Source: a bacterium (GTDB taxonomy: Bacteria > Patescibacteriota > SICC01). From it: a stretch of 56,297 bases of DNA. The notes beneath the pieces were generated by a model that did no database searches, had not been told where the DNA came from, and saw only the letters and a program-made list of their open reading frames with translations. The DNA is taken from the NCBI GenBank assembly GCA_030699935.1, contig JAUYKS010000010.1, positions 1-56,297 of the forward strand, read 5' to 3'. Below are positions 55,083 through 56,297 of the stretch, piece by piece (within the stretch, counting starts at the first letter, position 1; each line of letters starts with the position of its first letter). A program made the position numbers and the translations under genes.

Positions 55083-55663
55083 CAGATAAACATAAGATTG
55101 GAACGAAGCTCAATATGGATGAGCCGTTCCGTAATTTACCGAAGCCTTTTAAGCGAACGGCACAGGATTATTGGCAATGGGGCTATTCAGCGGTGTTATC
55201 CAATACTGACCGTGGCGTGTTGGCGGAGTACATAGTCGCCGTCCTGCTTGGCATTGATGAAGCCGCTCGGATTCCTTGGGACGCCTGTGATCTTCGATTG
55301 CCGGATGGTAAGAAAATCGAAGTCAAAAGCACTGCGAAGCTGCAGGCATGGAGTCAGGGTAAGTTGAATGAACCAAGGATCGTCCTGAAGCCGACGAAAG
55401 CATACGATCCTCGCACAAATACATATCTGCCAGCTGATTTTAATGCTGATGTGTATATTTTTTGCTTCTTTAAAACAGAGAAACTGGAGAAAGCCAACCT
55501 GCTAGATATGTCGCAATGGGATTTTTACGTTTTCTCTCAGACTCAAATCATGGGATTGCTGGCTGGTAGAAAATCTATTTCGCTCAAACAATTGGAATCA
55601 GAAGGCTTCAAATCAATTTCTGCTGATTCAGTCGCATCAGCAGTATCCGATCTAGGCGAATAA
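55079..55663 (+). CDS. PD-(D/E)xK nuclease-fold protein (orphan, AT-richer)
   Basis: The pattern E...D...ExK is seen in GVLAEYIVA ... WDACDLRL ... KKIEVKS, followed by the hydrophobic strand DVYIFCFF. ATGA overlap with the smc stop. Confidence 0.55.
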   Translation: MTDKHKIGTKLNMDEPFRNLPKPFKRTAQDYWQWGYSAVLSNTDRGVLAEYIVAVLLGIDEAARIPWDACDLRLPDGKKIEVKSTAKLQAWSQGKLNEPRIVLKPTKAYDPRTNTYLPADFNADVYIFCFFKTEKLEKANLLDMSQWDFYVFSQTQIMGLLAGRKSISLKQLESEGFKSISADSVASAVSDLGE

Positions 55664-55720
55664 CTTGTCGCAAGAATGTTTCTCGCGTAACCTAGACTCC
55701 GTACACAGGAGACACAGAAC

Positions 55721-56254
55721 TTGTTGGTTATCAGATTATCCCGGACCGGACGAACGAAGCGCCCCCATTATCGCGTCGTCGTAGCGGAGAAAAGCGCGGC
55801 CGTCAAAGGCCGTTACTTGGAAGTGCTCGGTCACTTCGACCCGCTGACCAAGGAACTCAAGATCGACGAGGAACGGGCCAAGGCGCGGCTCGCCAGCGGC
55901 GCCCAGCCGAGCGAGACCGCCGAGATGTTGCTTGAAAAGGCCGGCATCCTGAAGCGCGACAAGATCGAAGACAAGTACCGCCGACCGACCCGCAAGAAGC
56001 GGAAGGACATCAAGGCGGAAGCCGAGTCGGCTGACAAGCCCGCGGCGAAACCGGCCGGCGATGCCGCTGCCACGGACGACAAGACCGACAAGGAAGAAAA
56101 GAAGCCTGCAGCTAAGGACGAATCGAAGAAGGATGACAAGCCTGCCGGTCAACCCGAGAAAAAGCCCGAAGCTGACAAGAAAGCTGACAAGAAGCCCGAA
56201 GCCAAACCAGAAGCCAAGAAAGAACCCAAGGATAACGAAAAAGGAGATTCCTGA
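55721..56254 (+). CDS. rpsP: 30S ribosomal protein S16 with long Lys/Pro/Ala/Glu-rich tail
   Basis: LVIRLSRTGRTKRPHYRVVV signature. TTG start with AGGAG 9 nt upstream. Confidence 0.9.
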   Translation: MLVIRLSRTGRTKRPHYRVVVAEKSAAVKGRYLEVLGHFDPLTKELKIDEERAKARLASGAQPSETAEMLLEKAGILKRDKIEDKYRRPTRKKRKDIKAEAESADKPAAKPAGDAAATDDKTDKEEKKPAAKDESKKDDKPAGQPEKKPEADKKADKKPEAKPEAKKEPKDNEKGDS

Positions 56255-56297
56255 TGAGCGAAGAACAAGACCAGCAATTCGTTAATTTCGTATTGAA
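56255..56297 (+). CDS. probable KH-domain RNA-binding protein, 5' fragment
   Basis: ATG overlaps the rpsP stop region. Position after rpsP and the ...FVNFVL sequence fit YlqC-like proteins. Only 14 codons are visible. Confidence 0.35.

Noticed and set aside
55664-55720. Possible terminator or small RNA in the AT-rich spacer before rpsP (imperfect hairpin GCAAGAA-TGT-TTCTCGC).
   Set aside because: The stem is only 7 bp with a mismatch and has no U-tract. It more likely just carries the rpsP ribosome-binding site (AGGAG at 55708-55712).

Overview
This is a high-G+C, tightly packed bacterial chromosome segment made up almost entirely of housekeeping genes. It has about 60 CDS, many joined by 4- or 8-nt overlaps, plus one tRNA-Ala. 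I found no rRNA, CRISPR array or transposase.

Recognisable content:
- Translation: rplI, rpmA, rpmF, rpsP, metG, alaS, leuS, cca, mnmA, tsaC, rsmA, rsmI, rnc, nusB, obg.
- A glycolytic operon: pgi-eno-gpmI-gpmI.
- Nucleotide metabolism: pyrG, pyrD, cdd and three Nudix genes.
- Envelope and division: glmS, mltG, ftsA, smc, an S41 peptidase, and CHAP and PcsB-like hydrolases.
- Redox: trxA, trxB and a second TrxR-like gene.
- Repair: dinB, pcrA, ruvX.

Short AlaRS and SMC proteins, an archaeal-type PGI/PMI, a class-1A DHODH and many small membrane or secreted proteins suggest a reduced-genome lineage, possibly Patescibacteria/CPR-like. That is a guess from content only.

The main observations:
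1. A roughly 400-nt structured, ORF-free locus lies next to tRNA-Ala and ends in a clean minus-strand intrinsic terminator. I could not assign it to a known RNA family.
2. The two tandem iPGM genes differ. The upstream copy keeps the phosphatase and metal residues but has lost several substrate-binding residues.
3. A TrxR-like flavoprotein lacks both NADPH-binding motifs.
4. A -10 hexamer sits 6-9 nt before the start codon at more than 20 genes. This implies leaderless mRNAs and lets several start codons be corrected.
5. Several visibly AT-richer insertions interrupt the housekeeping blocks: a PD-(D/E)xK nuclease between smc and rpsP, a secreted Zn-phospholipase-C-like protein, a surface protein, and Nudix and cdd genes.

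G+C statements are by eye and were not computed.
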